Notes under the pieces: model-generated
What the model was told of the DNA's origin: nothing
The model's input: the letters and a program-made list of their open reading frames with translations, nothing else
Databases searched by the model: none
In this document: in pieces, positions 30,912 to 32,000 of the stretch
Layout of the letters: each line of letters starts with the position of its first letter
How positions within the stretch are numbered: position 1 is the first letter of the stretch
From: Mycobacterium leprae TN
Lineage (GTDB): Bacteria; Actinomycetota; Actinomycetes; Mycobacteriales; Mycobacteriaceae
Assembly (NCBI RefSeq): GCF_000195855.1
Contig: NC_002677.1
Coordinates: 2,760,001 to 2,792,000, forward strand
Reading direction: 5' to 3'
Length of the DNA stretch: 32,000 nucleotides
Program-made: the position numbers and the translations under genes

Positions 30912-32000
30912 TCACTCCATAATCCAGCCGTACTCCGAGGGAACAGTGCACAGCAGGGAACGTATTGCCTCGAGAGCCTTTGCCGGTTCCTCGATATGTC
31001 CGTGATGCTCGATGATCAGTTGGCCTTCGTAGACACCGCAGGAGTAGAGATCCAGGGGGACACTAATCGAACAATAGAACCGGCCCTGAATGTCTTCAAT
31101 CGCAAGATCCGGTGGTGTACGCATCGTCGGGAACGCAGTGGCATCAGTGCAGAAGACAAGTGGCGGCAACCCGGGCGGAGTTCCCTCGAATGCCGTACCA
31201 AAGTGCAGGCCCGACTGCTGAACCACGCCGTTGGCTAAGTCAGCCCGAAGTGTGGCAACGATATCGGTTGCCAGATCAACGATGTCGGTGTCCTGTCCGA
31301 TCTCAGCAAGGTAACCCGCCGCCCCGAGTAAATTGGTGCTTTCGGTCGGGGCCACAGGAGGGGCAAGAACATATCGCAAATCGACGGGGTAAACATAGGG
31401 AATTGGAACGTGCGGGGTTTCGCGGAGTCGCCATTCGGTCATCAGAATGGCCGCCGCTACCACGGCGTTGATGCTGAGCCGATGTTCACGACCGAACGCC
31501 GCGAGATCCGATGTCTCCTGCTTAGTGAGCCAGAGTCTGGTTACCGGAACAGCTTGAGGCAATCCAGGTTCGGCGAGGACAGCCGGCGTCCCGGTGGCAG
31601 GAAGGTCATAAGCATACATCACCGACATAAAGCGCTCAGCTCCCGAAAGGGCATGTTTCTTGACACCCCGCTGTTGTAGCACGGCCTCCATAGACAGCGG
31701 TGTAGCCTGGGGGATTATCGGGCCAGGGTCACCAGTAGTCACCACGTCGGTGTAGCGGGAGAACAGCTCATCGACCAAAACGGCCCCATGGTGACCATCA
31801 GCCATGCTGTGATGAATATAGAGTACGAGCTCACCTCCTCCCTCACGGGGGGTAAGTCGCAGATTCAATAGGGAAACGCTCTGGTCGAGCCGCGTTTCGG
31901 ACTGTATTCCACCACAACCCGACTGCGCCCCGTTGTTAGCGTCAACAACACAGATCCCAGGGTGGAGCAGGTCGTCGGCAACGAGGTTCCAACCGCCATC
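30912..32000 (-). CDS. papA5: phthiocerol/phthiodiolone dimycocerosyl transferase PapA5 (5' part beyond the window)
   Basis: Frame stays open to the window edge: DGGWNLVADDLLHPGICVVDANN...RLDQSVSLLNLRLTPREGGGELVLYIHHSMADGHHGAVLVDELFSRYT...EYGWIME. HHxxxDG catalytic motif. The ORF-track start at 31868 (TTG) is internal. Confidence 0.95.
   Translation of the reverse strand, partial: DGGWNLVADDLLHPGICVVDANNGAQSGCGGIQSETRLDQSVSLLNLRLTPREGGGELVLYIHHSMADGHHGAVLVDELFSRYTDVVTTGDPGPIIPQATPLSMEAVLQQRGVKKHALSGAERFMSVMYAYDLPATGTPAVLAEPGLPQAVPVTRLWLTKQETSDLAAFGREHRLSINAVVAAAILMTEWRLRETPHVPIPYVYPVDLRYVLAPPVAPTESTNLLGAAGYLAEIGQDTDIVDLATDIVATLRADLANGVVQQSGLHFGTAFEGTPPGLPPLVFCTDATAFPTMRTPPDLAIEDIQGRFYCSISVPLDLYSCGVYEGQLIIEHHGHIEEPAKALEAIRSLLCTVPSEYGWIME

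Noticed and set aside
30822-31679. Plus-strand ORFs of 138, 119 and 89 aa opposite papA5
   Set aside because: Antisense shadows of a strongly conserved papA5 frame.
30912-31868. papA5 as a complete 318-aa gene starting at 31868
   Set aside because: Homologous sequence continues in frame upstream to the window edge, so the track start is internal.

Overview
The window is best explained as Mycobacterium leprae chromosome. The assignment rests on remembered protein families, gene order, extensive gene decay and a perfect (GAA)21/(TTC)21 microsatellite. No database search was run. The left part (about 0.6-10.2 kb) is an intact conserved block matching the M. tuberculosis Rv3715c-Rv3723 order: recR, ybaB-like, Rv3717-type amidase, Rv3718c-like, Rv3719-like FAD oxidase, ufaA1, dnaX/dnaZX, Rv3722c-type aspartate aminotransferase, SRP RNA (ffs), tRNA-Ser(GGA) and an Rv3723/lucA-like gene. 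The centre (about 10.2-27 kb) is mostly decayed DNA. Recognisable relics are a ParB-like/HTH-less conserved protein, a DapB-fold dehydrogenase, a cutinase, an MFS+patatin fusion (Rv3728/Rv3239c type), a LigD-polymerase-like gene, an L-asparaginase, an MHS-type MFS transporter, an ATP-dependent DNA ligase and a Crp/Fnr regulator. One long open frame survives there, a class III nucleotide cyclase/AAA ATPase whose C-terminal part is decayed. The right end (27.1-32 kb) holds an FkbM methyltransferase, a second methyltransferase, an MGT-type glycosyltransferase and papA5 (running off the window). This matches the genes implicated in finishing and methylating the terminal glucose of phenolic glycolipid-1, next to the DIM/PGL acyltransferase. 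I did not find convincing evidence for a wholly new system. The most interesting loci are the PGL-1 tailoring cluster, the truncated cyclase, and the microsatellite abutting a DNA-ligase pseudogene with a destroyed catalytic motif.
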